Origin: a virus
Lineage: Duplodnaviria > Caudoviricetes
Strand: one strand, 5' to 3'
Virus record (IMG/VR): IMGVR_UViG_3300025387_000009
Length of the DNA: 64,000 nt
A program made the position numbers and the translations under genes. The notes beneath the pieces were generated by a model. The model saw only the letters and a program-made list of their open reading frames with translations, was not told the origin of the DNA and made no database searches. The number at the start of each line of letters is the position of its first letter. Position 1 is the stretch's first letter. Below, one piece after another: positions 30,555-40,056 of the stretch.

Positions 30555-31266
30555 GTATTAATGTTTTAAATTTTGTTGTGCTCCATCCGTGATCCCTATT
30601 TATGAAATATTCAGTAATATTCAAATCTTTACCTGTATAATCTTTGTCCTTGTAATCATCTCCCATGATTCTAACATGAAATATGAAATTGGATAAAATC
30701 TCATAGAGATCTTTTTCGGTTTCATATGTAATAATTTCATCAATGTATTTGATAGATGATAAAATCTCCTTTCTTTCGTCTACTGTATGAATTGGTTTTA
30801 ATTTTTCTGGTCTTTCTTTCGACGCATCAACATGAAGTAATACCGTAAGATGATCACATTGTTGTTTTGCTTCTTTGAAAGCACAAATATAACCAAAGTG
30901 AACAACATCAAAAGAACCAATTATTACTCCTTTTTTTTGATTTATCGGTTTAAAAAATGATTCACTGTAAATTGCTTTATCATCAACAAATAAATCATAC
31001 GGAGGCTTACCTAAAATTAATTCGTGATATTTTAATCCCCAATTATTAATTTGATTCTTTGTCAGGCTATAATATTTGTCTAAAACCAATGCTAAATTTC
31101 CTTTAAATTCCGTTGTACCCCTAGCAGTATATATTTTAATATAATATCCTTTGTCATAAAGATCATTTACTATGTTAATTCGATCTGTAATAGGAATTGC
31201 ATTGTGATAACCTTTTTTTTCAGTTATACATAAAGTATTATCTAAATCAAAACAATAAATTTGCAT
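30535..31266 (-). CDS. Fusion: HAD phosphatase plus cytidylyltransferase-family nucleotidyltransferase
   Basis: N-terminal DLDNTL, YTARG, KP..DLFVDDK; C-terminal GSFDVVHFGY, MGDDY, RDHGWSTT (TagD/HldE-CT-like). Confidence 0.85.
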   Translation of the reverse strand: MQIYCFDLDNTLCITEKKGYHNAIPITDRINIVNDLYDKGYYIKIYTARGTTEFKGNLALVLDKYYSLTKNQINNWGLKYHELILGKPPYDLFVDDKAIYSESFFKPINQKKGVIIGSFDVVHFGYICAFKEAKQQCDHLTVLLHVDASKERPEKLKPIHTVDERKEILSSIKYIDEIITYETEKDLYEILSNFIFHVRIMGDDYKDKDYTGKDLNITEYFINRDHGWSTTKFKTLIHEQFKK

Positions 31267-32249
31267 TAGTTTGTAAAATTACCTAAAATCATTGACCCAT
31301 GATTATCCATTCCAAAATGTAATCTTGGGAAATTGTTATTTAACATAAATTCATCCAGTTTATCTTGGTTATTTGGACAATATAATAGTAGAAATCCGCC
31401 TCCACCTGCCCCAATTATCTTGCCACCTAACACACCAAAATATTTTTTAGTGTGTTCATAAATCTCATCAACGATAGGGACAGAAATTTTATTAGACAAT
31501 TGTTTTTTAAGTTGCCAATATTCGTCCATTAAAATACCATAACTTTCAAAATCGCCATCAAGTAAATAAGTTATTGTTTTTAAGCCATGCTCTTTAACAA
31601 TTTTTAATATGTCTTCGGAATTACCCTTCAGTTTCTGTTGATCAGAAAGAACTTCGGAAGCATCACGTTTAATGTTTAGATAATAAACACATAAATTAGA
31701 TATAAATTTATTTTTTAAACTTTCGTTTATCTTTAAATCGCTTACGTTTACATTACCATTCATTCCAATATTAAGAATTTTAATTCCACCGTATGCTGCA
31801 ATATACTGATCTTGTTTTCCTACTGGTTCTTTCAATCTGTTAATTTCTATGTCACATGCCTCTTCTGCGAGTATATGAGGCTCTCTATTAAGCTTTTTAT
31901 ATTCTCTTATGCAATTCAACGTTCCAACTAAAAAACTACCAGACGAACCTAGTCCAGTATTAGAAGGAAGATCCGCACAGGAATTTATTTCGCAACTATT
32001 ATCGATCCCATGAATCAAAAGTGCTTCTTTTGCTCTATGATTTTTTAATTCCGAAGCATGGTTAACAATTTCAATTTGGGAATAACGAAGTTTTAATTGC
32101 TTTTCAAAAAAATCTGGTTTGTAAGTCAAGTAAATATACTTGTTAATAGCCATAGAAACGACTAGTCCGCCATGTTTTGAGTAAAAACTGGGTAGGTCTG
32201 TTCCACCGCCACCTAAAGTAATTCTTAAAGGAGTTCTGCTAATGATCAT
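31266..32249 (-). CDS. hddA: D-glycero-D-manno-heptose-7-phosphate kinase (GHMP family)
   Basis: SRTPLRITLGGGGTD, TGLGSSG, PVGKQDQY, KIIGAGGGGF. Confidence 0.85.
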   Translation of the reverse strand: MIISRTPLRITLGGGGTDLPSFYSKHGGLVVSMAINKYIYLTYKPDFFEKQLKLRYSQIEIVNHASELKNHRAKEALLIHGIDNSCEINSCADLPSNTGLGSSGSFLVGTLNCIREYKKLNREPHILAEEACDIEINRLKEPVGKQDQYIAAYGGIKILNIGMNGNVNVSDLKINESLKNKFISNLCVYYLNIKRDASEVLSDQQKLKGNSEDILKIVKEHGLKTITYLLDGDFESYGILMDEYWQLKKQLSNKISVPIVDEIYEHTKKYFGVLGGKIIGAGGGGFLLLYCPNNQDKLDEFMLNNNFPRLHFGMDNHGSMILGNFTN

Positions 32250-32977
32250 ATGTTCAAATTTGATAATTTTGCATCATCAAAGAACATTTTAACAGTTTCT
32301 AAAGAAAAGTCACTTAAATTTTTATCTTTAAGCTTTAATTTTGGTAAAATATCAGGAGTTACTGTAATAATATCGCAACCAGAACGTTCTGCTTCGTATA
32401 CATTATACACTGAACGTGTACTCGCCCACAATGTTTCTATTTTTGACTTCCTATCTTTTAAAAATTGCGTGGTTGCAGATGTTAATTCGATTGGATTTCT
32501 ACCAGTATCAGAAATTCTACCAGCAAATATTGAAATTATAAGAGGATGAAAAGTTCCTATAAGGTTTTTGATGATGCTTCCAACCTGTACACCATCAAAA
32601 ACAGCCGTAACGTTAATTTTTATACCTTTATCATTCATTTTGGTAATCAAATCGACAGTAGAAACACCTTTAGTGTTGGTTATGGGAACTTTCACGTAAA
32701 TATTATCACCATATTCTGCAATTTTTTGGATTTGATATTCCATTTCATCCAATTCATCGGCAAAAATCTCAAAGGAAAAAGGTAAATCTGAAATCTTACT
32801 AGTTATTTCTTTTATAAATGGAACATATTCGGTAATACCAGCCTTTTTCATGAGGCTAGGATTAGTTGTAAAACCTGTTACTGTTTTATTATTTTCATAT
32901 ATGTCAAATATCTCTTTGACATTTGATGTATCAGCGAATATTTTAATGCTCATATTATTTTGTAAAGTAATTAACAA
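32246..32977 (-). CDS. tal: Transaldolase (short TalC/Fsa type)
   Basis: FADT, GFTTNPSL, YVKVP (Schiff-base Lys), NVTAVF, FAGRISD, LWAS. Confidence 0.9.
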   Translation of the reverse strand: MLITLQNNMSIKIFADTSNVKEIFDIYENNKTVTGFTTNPSLMKKAGITEYVPFIKEITSKISDLPFSFEIFADELDEMEYQIQKIAEYGDNIYVKVPITNTKGVSTVDLITKMNDKGIKINVTAVFDGVQVGSIIKNLIGTFHPLIISIFAGRISDTGRNPIELTSATTQFLKDRKSKIETLWASTRSVYNVYEAERSGCDIITVTPDILPKLKLKDKNLSDFSLETVKMFFDDAKLSNLNI

Positions 32978-33521
32978 CCAAATGTAAAATTATACCTTGC
33001 CATTCTTCTGCATGGGCAGTGACTCTTTCGGGTTTTATAGGCGGAATTAGGATACAAGCATTTGAAAGCTGTTTAGCAACACCACCATCTTTACTCACAA
33101 CAGAAAGTATATAGCTTTTTGTTTTCTTTGCTAATTTCATTGCGTTAACAAGATTTTTAGATGTTGTTTCAGAACCACCGCCAACGGAAAAAATAATAAT
33201 TGCATCCTTTGATGAAAGTTTACTACCCTTTAACCAATTTGCATAAGAATCTTCCCAAGATTCATCGTTTATTCTTGCGGTAAGTTCAGAAACATTATCA
33301 GTAACTGCGTAAGTTTCTATTCCAAGAATCTTTCTAAAATCATTTACGGCATGGCTGGCATTTGCAGCACTTCCACCAACACCTAAAACAAAAAGTCTAC
33401 CTTTTGTAGATTTAATTTTTTTAATTATTTCAATAAATTTAACAATTGAATCCGTTTCAATGTTATCTATAATTGATATTATCTCACCAAAATATGTTGT
33501 AATGTAATTTTTAATTTTCAT
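32955..33521 (-). CDS. gmhA: Phosphoheptose (sedoheptulose-7-P) isomerase, SIS domain
   Basis: LGVGGSAANASHAVND, LTARIND, FSVGG, HAEEWQGIILH. Confidence 0.88.
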   Translation of the reverse strand: MKIKNYITTYFGEIISIIDNIETDSIVKFIEIIKKIKSTKGRLFVLGVGGSAANASHAVNDFRKILGIETYAVTDNVSELTARINDESWEDSYANWLKGSKLSSKDAIIIFSVGGGSETTSKNLVNAMKLAKKTKSYILSVVSKDGGVAKQLSNACILIPPIKPERVTAHAEEWQGIILHLVVNYFTK

Positions 33522-34150
33522 ATGTAAAAAGTGTATCTACGTCTGATATATTTTCCAAAATTTTGTAATTCTTAGAAGTCATATAAGAAGATATCATATT
33601 ATACCTATATTCGTTACCAGTTTCAATTAAAAAATATTTAGGTTTATATTCATTTATGTCAAATCCATTTAAAACTTCTATTTCATATCCTTCGACATCT
33701 AAACTAAAAAAATCTATATTAGATATGTTATGTTTCTTTAAAATAGAATTTAAAGTTGTACAAGGTACATTTATAATCGAACTGTTTTCGTTTTTAAAAT
33801 CCAAACTGTTTTTTAAATCATCATCAAAATAATTTTCTTTACGAGTAATCTGTCCACATAAAGATGAGGAAATATCACTATAAGAAAAATCACCACTTAT
33901 AGTTTTATCTTCGTAATTATCGCTAACTAATGCATAATTTTCCACTATACAATTTGGTCTATTTTTTTTTACATTCTTCATATTTTATAAAAGAAGGTTC
34001 AATTAGTAATCCAGACCAACCATATTTTTGTTCGTACATTAATGTGTTAGATTGATTAACTCCATCATTAGCACCAGCTTCTATAAAGAATCCATTATTA
34101 AAATTTAAATATTTTAATAATTTTTCGTCTAAATTATTTAAAGAATACAT
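33511..34150 (-). pseudogene. FkbM-family methyltransferase split by a +1 A in an A9 tract
   Basis: FIEAGANDG...LIEP in 34150-33959 continues as NRPNC...SLDVEGYE in 33981-33511; removing one A from T33962-T33970 fuses them. Confidence 0.85.
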
Positions 34151-34151
34151 T

Positions 34152-34871
34152 TTACCCCTTTAAAAAAAGCTCATCGATATCATCATATTCCATTAAATCT
34201 ACTAATTTAGATTTTTTTTCTGGGTGTGTAAAATTATCATTGTATTGATAAGGAGGAGTAAAATCCATTTCAAAATTTTCTTCCCATAAAAAGGCAATTT
34301 CCGTTTGTAAATCTCCGAATTTATTATGATACGCCTGACTAGAAGCAAAATTAAAATTTACATGCTCCATTAATCCCATTTTAGGGTATCCACAAAATAC
34401 TTTATTTTTAATAGTGTAAATCCACCTATGGTGATGATACCCCAAATAATTTCCTTCCCATCTCTTCGTATCCATGTATTTAGTTGGAACTGCAATCAGT
34501 CCTGCGTCCGCTATTTTGAATAAATTTAAAATAACCTGAATAGGTGCATTAAGATCTTCTAATGTATGAGTGCATACCACGAAATCAAACTTACCATTTT
34601 TCTCGACGTATTTAAAAATAGGAGTCCACGTATCATTTAATTCCATATCTCCACCAAATTTAATAACATTGTCATTTTTTAATTTTTCTGGTTGAAAATC
34701 TAAAATATGAGTTGTGTATTCTGGTATTCTTAATTTGGCAGCACCACCAATATCTATTAATGTAATATCTCTCCCCTTTTTTTGTTTTAATTCATTTAAA
34801 TAGTCATAAACTTCTTTATCCTTGGTGTGTTCATGTTCACCATTCCAACTGGATTTTATATATTTTATCAT
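34152..34871 (-). CDS. Class I SAM-methyltransferase-like protein
   Basis: LIDIGG, FDFVVCTHTLED. Confidence 0.65.
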   Translation of the reverse strand: MIKYIKSSWNGEHEHTKDKEVYDYLNELKQKKGRDITLIDIGGAAKLRIPEYTTHILDFQPEKLKNDNVIKFGGDMELNDTWTPIFKYVEKNGKFDFVVCTHTLEDLNAPIQVILNLFKIADAGLIAVPTKYMDTKRWEGNYLGYHHHRWIYTIKNKVFCGYPKMGLMEHVNFNFASSQAYHNKFGDLQTEIAFLWEENFEMDFTPPYQYNDNFTHPEKKSKLVDLMEYDDIDELFLKG

Positions 34872-34874
34872 ATT

Positions 34875-35549
34875 TTATATTAATTTAAATAAACCTTGAC
34901 TGTAGCTTTCTTTTTGATGTAGCAATGGCTGATAATCAAAACCAGTATCCAATAAAAATTCAGCAAAAGCTTTAATCTCATGATTTCGGTAATCATCATA
35001 ATCATTGATTTCATCAAACAATAATACCGAGCCTTTTTTGAATCTAGGAGTCAATTCTGTTAAAACTGTTTTAGCGGATGAATATAAGTCACCATCAATA
35101 TGAACGAAAGCAACATCACCTTCAAACTTTTTTAAGAAAAGTGGTAAAGAATCCTCGAAAAGACCCTTTATAAGTTTTACGTTTTCGGGCCATGGCTTCC
35201 AATTTTGTGGAAGGCTACTATCAAACATAGAATGATTTTCGCCAACAATATAACCTGGTGGTACATTACCACCTAAACTATAACAATTTTTTGGATTATT
35301 TGAATCCCAATACTCAGGTAATCCTTCAAAGCAATCAAAGCCATATATTTCCTTTGGTGCTTTTCTGGAAAATTGTTCAATACTTCTTCCAGTAAATACA
35401 CCAAATTCTAACCATAATCCATCAAGTTCAACGTATTCGGTGCATTTTAAATGAAACGTTTCATGATAATCATGAATGCAATCCGTTACAATTGCTTCGG
35501 TTCTGAGTCTATGTTCTATTTCGTCTATTTTTTCTTCTACTGTTTTCAT
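34875..35549 (-). CDS. TylF/MycF-family sugar O-methyltransferase
   Basis: LEFGVFTG, GFDCFEGLP, KGLFEDSL, VHIDGDLYSS, FDE. Confidence 0.88.
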   Translation of the reverse strand: MKTVEEKIDEIEHRLRTEAIVTDCIHDYHETFHLKCTEYVELDGLWLEFGVFTGRSIEQFSRKAPKEIYGFDCFEGLPEYWDSNNPKNCYSLGGNVPPGYIVGENHSMFDSSLPQNWKPWPENVKLIKGLFEDSLPLFLKKFEGDVAFVHIDGDLYSSAKTVLTELTPRFKKGSVLLFDEINDYDDYRNHEIKAFAEFLLDTGFDYQPLLHQKESYSQGLFKLI

Positions 35550-35553
35550 ATTT

Positions 35554-36645
35554 TTATTTAGAGAGGTTATCGTATAAGTCTATAATAGATTGTTCAACTT
35601 TTCTATAATCATATTTTTGATAATATCTAGTTAGAGTGTTTTCGCTTTTTTCGACATAGTAATCTTTATTATCTCTTAACAATGATAATTCTGATGCATA
35701 TTCTTCAACTGAATATGCCACCTTTCCACATCCTTCTATTTGCTCTAAATGTCCCATATTTAACGCAGGATGACTTACAACAGGTTTACCGTGATACATT
35801 GCTTCTATTATTGAAGCAGAACAAACCTCGCCGTCTGATCTTGCATGAGCAAAAACATCAATTCCTTCTAAATAATTGTGAATGTTTTCAACAGAACTTG
35901 TAAATTTTACAAAATAAACATTTTTAAGCTGTAATTCTCTAGCTAAATTTATATGTTGTTCACTTCCACCCAGAATAATAAAACAAGTATTGTCATTCTG
36001 CACTAATGAATATGCTTGCAAAGAAACAGGTGAAAATATATCACCTCTGGTTGCTTGGTGAAAGCCGTATACAAATTTATCCTCACTTATACCTAATAAT
36101 TCTCTAATATTTGATTTCTTTTTTTCTGGTACTTTTACAATAGATGGGATTATTTCGGCTTTTGATATATTACCACCATTAGCTCCCCATTTATCAGCTT
36201 GCCATTTGCACAATAAAATAGCTTTCTTAATGTTTGGTTTATCTTCTCCTGTAAAACTATGAATGCTATCAATGATTGAACATTGGTTAATTAAATTAAA
36301 TGGATATTCGGGATAACCACATCTACCAGTTTGCACAAAATCATAATTGGATTCTTTAAAAATATCCCAAAAATTAGTACCAACCCATTCATACGGTTCA
36401 ACGTTACCGATTTTATGATCAACATGAACTTGGATTGTTTTTATACCATTGTTTTCTACGAATTCTTTTCTTTTGAGGTCGTTATCAGGATGTTCAAAAC
36501 TAGAATACCAAAATGGTGCGGCATTAGTGTAAAAATAATCAACTTGATAACGATCTTTAGGTAATAAACAAGCTATAGTCTGGAGATATTTTTCAATTCC
36601 ACCGGAAGCTAATCCTGCAAATTTAATAAATGCTATTTTTTTCAT
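35554..36645 (-). CDS. Glycosyltransferase family 4 (GT-B)
   Basis: GGIEK; DVFAHARSDGEVCSASIIEAMYHGKPVV (Ex7E). Confidence 0.88.
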   Translation of the reverse strand: MKKIAFIKFAGLASGGIEKYLQTIACLLPKDRYQVDYFYTNAAPFWYSSFEHPDNDLKRKEFVENNGIKTIQVHVDHKIGNVEPYEWVGTNFWDIFKESNYDFVQTGRCGYPEYPFNLINQCSIIDSIHSFTGEDKPNIKKAILLCKWQADKWGANGGNISKAEIIPSIVKVPEKKKSNIRELLGISEDKFVYGFHQATRGDIFSPVSLQAYSLVQNDNTCFIILGGSEQHINLARELQLKNVYFVKFTSSVENIHNYLEGIDVFAHARSDGEVCSASIIEAMYHGKPVVSHPALNMGHLEQIEGCGKVAYSVEEYASELSLLRDNKDYYVEKSENTLTRYYQKYDYRKVEQSIIDLYDNLSK

Positions 36646-37358
36646 TATCTTTGTCTTTGTCCCGAATCTAATGTTGATGTATATAATCCGGTTCTAGAAC
36701 CTTGTGTCGCTATAGATGGATACCACCAATAGGTTTTAGCATCAAATTTATATAACTGATAAGCAATCTCCCAATCGGAAACTAATTGGAATGGAACAGC
36801 CGATTCATATATTTTAGATGCTATTTGCGGTTTTAAAAGATAAGCTTCTGCACAATTTGTTGCAGGATGATTCATTAAAAATGAATTCTCGCTTACCTTT
36901 TTACTTTCCATAAGTTTATGACTTTGAAAATTGACACCACATCCTTCGCCTAAGAATATCGCATCCCAATCATTTGGTGTTTCTTGAAAATATTTCTTAT
37001 AAAAACTGTTAAAATTACTATTAAACAGTACATCATCTTCTAAAATAAGACCAAAATTTTCACATTCAATTGAAAGTTTTTTAATTGCAATCAAGTGTTT
37101 GATTGTACATGATATTTCAGGCATATTTAATACTCTGAATTTATGAATATTAGAATCCCATAATGGTTTAATTTTATTTGCAAATTTTTCTTCATCCGCA
37201 AGATAAAATTGATTTAAAACATCTACATTTAAATCTTCTTTATCGTATTCTGTTATAAATTCATAAGGAATTTTACAATTTTCTAAAAAAGGAATTAGAT
37301 TGGAGTATCTATCATTTAATTTAGTGTAATGAACTATGTAAATTTTATCAGGTTTCAT
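36645..37358 (-). CDS. Glycosyltransferase family 25
   Basis: KIYIVH...R, EISCTIKH, LILEDD, AEAYLL. Confidence 0.8.
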   Translation of the reverse strand: MKPDKIYIVHYTKLNDRYSNLIPFLENCKIPYEFITEYDKEDLNVDVLNQFYLADEEKFANKIKPLWDSNIHKFRVLNMPEISCTIKHLIAIKKLSIECENFGLILEDDVLFNSNFNSFYKKYFQETPNDWDAIFLGEGCGVNFQSHKLMESKKVSENSFLMNHPATNCAEAYLLKPQIASKIYESAVPFQLVSDWEIAYQLYKFDAKTYWWYPSIATQGSRTGLYTSTLDSGQRQR

Positions 37359-38257
37359 TTAATTTGATTAGAAATCAAGGTTATAACGGATTCAGGTTGA
37401 ACGAAATCGGGTATCTTATTATCAATAAACCAAGGTTGGCGCAATATATTTTTATATTTTTCAATATCTGAATCTATCTCTTTTATTTTTTCTATGACTT
37501 CTTCATCTGAAGAATAATCATGGCAATTTATAAATGATTCGGGATTAAAATCCTTATTAACAGATTTAGACCCCCAATAAATTGGAACGCACATTGCAAA
37601 CATAGAATGTATTATCTTTTCGGTGCAATATCCAAGAGATTCGCAATTTTCCATTGCAATATTAAATTTACATTGTTTTAACCAATCAATTTTATATTTT
37701 TGATCTCCTCTTGCCCAATTGCCTTTAGAATCAAGCACTAAATGCCCCGTATTATTATATAAAGGTCCGACACAATCTACTTTCTTATAGTTGTTTAGCT
37801 TTGGAACGAACTCAACTCTTTTACCTTTAGGTTGTGTTGCCATAAATCCACAAAATTTAGTCTTATTAATTTGCTTTGGCTTATTTAAAAAATCTTCTAA
37901 TGAAACCAAATTTGCTTGATCTCTATCATCATTATATGGGCGATTAAACCAATTTAAATATAATGCCCATAAAGGTAAACGATACTCTCTAGGATCATCG
38001 GAATGACGAAAAGTATAAGCTAAATGGCATTCATTCCAATTTGGTGCTACGTCCTCACCCGTGTAAAAAACCTTTAGACAATTATTATAGCGATCTCTTT
38101 CCCTTGCATTACCATAATCAACAGAAAAAAATAAAATATCTGGATTTACTTCATCAATTTCTACATCATATTTTGTTTTTAATAGATTGTAAAAATAATT
38201 GTCATCTTTAATAAGATTGGGCCAAAAGTCTACAAAGTTTAATTTTAATTTTCTCAT
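37355..38257 (-). CDS. Alpha-1,3/4-fucosyltransferase-like (GT10)
   Basis: KFNIAMEN...GYCTEKI...CVPIYWG alpha-3-FucT motif. Confidence 0.88.
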   Translation of the reverse strand: MRKLKLNFVDFWPNLIKDDNYFYNLLKTKYDVEIDEVNPDILFFSVDYGNARERDRYNNCLKVFYTGEDVAPNWNECHLAYTFRHSDDPREYRLPLWALYLNWFNRPYNDDRDQANLVSLEDFLNKPKQINKTKFCGFMATQPKGKRVEFVPKLNNYKKVDCVGPLYNNTGHLVLDSKGNWARGDQKYKIDWLKQCKFNIAMENCESLGYCTEKIIHSMFAMCVPIYWGSKSVNKDFNPESFINCHDYSSDEEVIEKIKEIDSDIEKYKNILRQPWFIDNKIPDFVQPESVITLISNQIK

Positions 38258-39288
38258 TTTAAAAAGGTTTCGATGATTTTCTCCATGTTATATTCTTGTT
38301 TCCAGTTTGGAAAATGTCTTTTAAATTTTCTAGTATCAGAAATCCACCATATATGATCTCCTATTCTATTTTCGTCTTTAATAGTATAGTTTAATTTCTT
38401 ATTTATCATATTTTCTATTAAATTGATAGCTTCTATGACAGAACAATTTGAATATGTTCCTCCTCCAATGTTATAAACTTCACCATTTGCTCTAGGTGAT
38501 TCAAAATATGCATCAAAGGCAGATATTAAATCCGAAGAATGGATATTATCTCTTACTTGCTTACCTTTGTACCCAAAAATTGTATATGGAATATCATTTA
38601 CGCAACATTTTACCAAATATGAAAGAAATCCATGAAGTTCAACACCGGAATGTTTTTGTCCAGTTAAGCAACCACCTCTAAATACAACGGTTTTTAAATT
38701 AAAATATTTTCCATATTCTTGAACCATTATATCAGCAGCCACTTTACTAGCACCAAATACACTATGTAAACAATGATCTATTGATACCCATTCATCAAAT
38801 CCATTTTCATGATCGGGTAAAAGAGGAGTGAATCTAGTTTCATCTTCGTGTAATGCAATTCTATTTGGTGTATCGCCATAAACCTTGTTAGTTGATGTGA
38901 AAATAAATACTGCATCAGGTGAATACAATCTATAAGACTCTAAAAGGTTAATAGTACCGACTGCATTTACATTAAAATCGGTTAATGGTTCTTTACATGC
39001 CCAATCATGAGAAGGTTGAGCCGCCGTATGAATGATAAGGTCAAAATTACCCTGCTGTATAAAAATATTTTCAACTTCTTCTCGGTTAACGATATTAGAA
39101 TTATAGTGAGTATAGTTTTTATGTTTTTTTAATTCGTTAAGTCTCCATTCAACTGATCCACCTTTACCAAAAAAATACTCTCTAAAATTATTATCGGTTC
39201 CCACAACCTGATAACCTTTATTGCAATAATATTCAACGGCTTCGGAGCCAATTAATCCACCAGAACCAGTAATTAAAACTTTTTTCAT
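38254..39288 (-). CDS. CDP-paratose 2-epimerase (CDP-tyvelose epimerase)-like SDR
   Basis: GSGGLIG, AAQPSHDW, STNKVYG, FGASK, FRGGCLTG, GKQVRD, RIGDH. Confidence 0.8.
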   Translation of the reverse strand: MKKVLITGSGGLIGSEAVEYYCNKGYQVVGTDNNFREYFFGKGGSVEWRLNELKKHKNYTHYNSNIVNREEVENIFIQQGNFDLIIHTAAQPSHDWACKEPLTDFNVNAVGTINLLESYRLYSPDAVFIFTSTNKVYGDTPNRIALHEDETRFTPLLPDHENGFDEWVSIDHCLHSVFGASKVAADIMVQEYGKYFNLKTVVFRGGCLTGQKHSGVELHGFLSYLVKCCVNDIPYTIFGYKGKQVRDNIHSSDLISAFDAYFESPRANGEVYNIGGGTYSNCSVIEAINLIENMINKKLNYTIKDENRIGDHIWWISDTRKFKRHFPNWKQEYNMEKIIETFLK

Positions 39289-39291
39289 GCT

Positions 39292-40056
39292 TTAATTTAT
39301 CCAGTTCCTTACTTTATTCCAATCCTGACCACCAGCAAAATGTCTTATCATAACATTATCAATTGATACTCTGTTTATATTAAAACTACCACCTGTTTCA
39401 CCAATCCATTCGGTTACATTAAACCCAGTATCAAATATATGAACATTTTCATTTAATTCATCAATTGAATACACCACATCTTCGTTTATTTCACTATGAA
39501 ACCCATTATTTGGATATTCCCAAAAAGATTTATCAGAGTGTCTTTTAATACCTGCTAAACTATACCAACTCGCTTGCTCTCTAAACTCATGCCAAAAGCT
39601 AGATTGAATTTGAAATCTTTCGTGTATTGAGATTTTATTATTTAATTTATTAAATCTATCATCTGATAAAATATTATTAATAAGCTTTTTTGACCATTCA
39701 TTAACTTTTATACTATACCAGCCCATACAATGGGTGTTACCGGAATCTATGGCGTATGAAAATGATTTTGGTGTTTCAATTGAGACCGAATCATTAACAA
39801 AATACATATCTGCATCAATGTGTGCAAGCATATCGTCATCTACCAGAGTTCCCTTATCAATTAAATTCTTTACAATTGAAAATTTCCACCATGTTGGATT
39901 ACCCCTATACAATTCAAGGGGTGCATCATTACCTATTACAACATATTTAAACCCATGTTTATCACAATATGCTTTATTTCTTGGTGAAATTATCTCATCA
40001 AAAATTTGTTGTCGGTAATCGTTATAACGTGCTATTACAAATAATATTTTTTTCAT
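39292..40056 (-). CDS. Glycosyltransferase, GT34 (MNN10/GMA12)-like
   Basis: RNKAYCDKHGFKY, TWWKF, HIDADMY (DxD). Confidence 0.65.
   Translation of the reverse strand: MKKILFVIARYNDYRQQIFDEIISPRNKAYCDKHGFKYVVIGNDAPLELYRGNPTWWKFSIVKNLIDKGTLVDDDMLAHIDADMYFVNDSVSIETPKSFSYAIDSGNTHCMGWYSIKVNEWSKKLINNILSDDRFNKLNNKISIHERFQIQSSFWHEFREQASWYSLAGIKRHSDKSFWEYPNNGFHSEINEDVVYSIDELNENVHIFDTGFNVTEWIGETGGSFNINRVSIDNVMIRHFAGGQDWNKVRNWIN

Noticed and set aside
32246-32977. Transaldolase as a cyanophage-style pentose-phosphate auxiliary metabolic gene
   Set aside because: It overlaps gmhA and hddA; no zwf, gnd or cp12 in the window. Supplying sedoheptulose-7-P is the simpler reading.
33959-33961. Stop-codon reassignment (TAG read-through), as in some large phages
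   Set aside because: The downstream FkbM half is in another frame, so read-through would not join it; all core genes are full length in the standard code.
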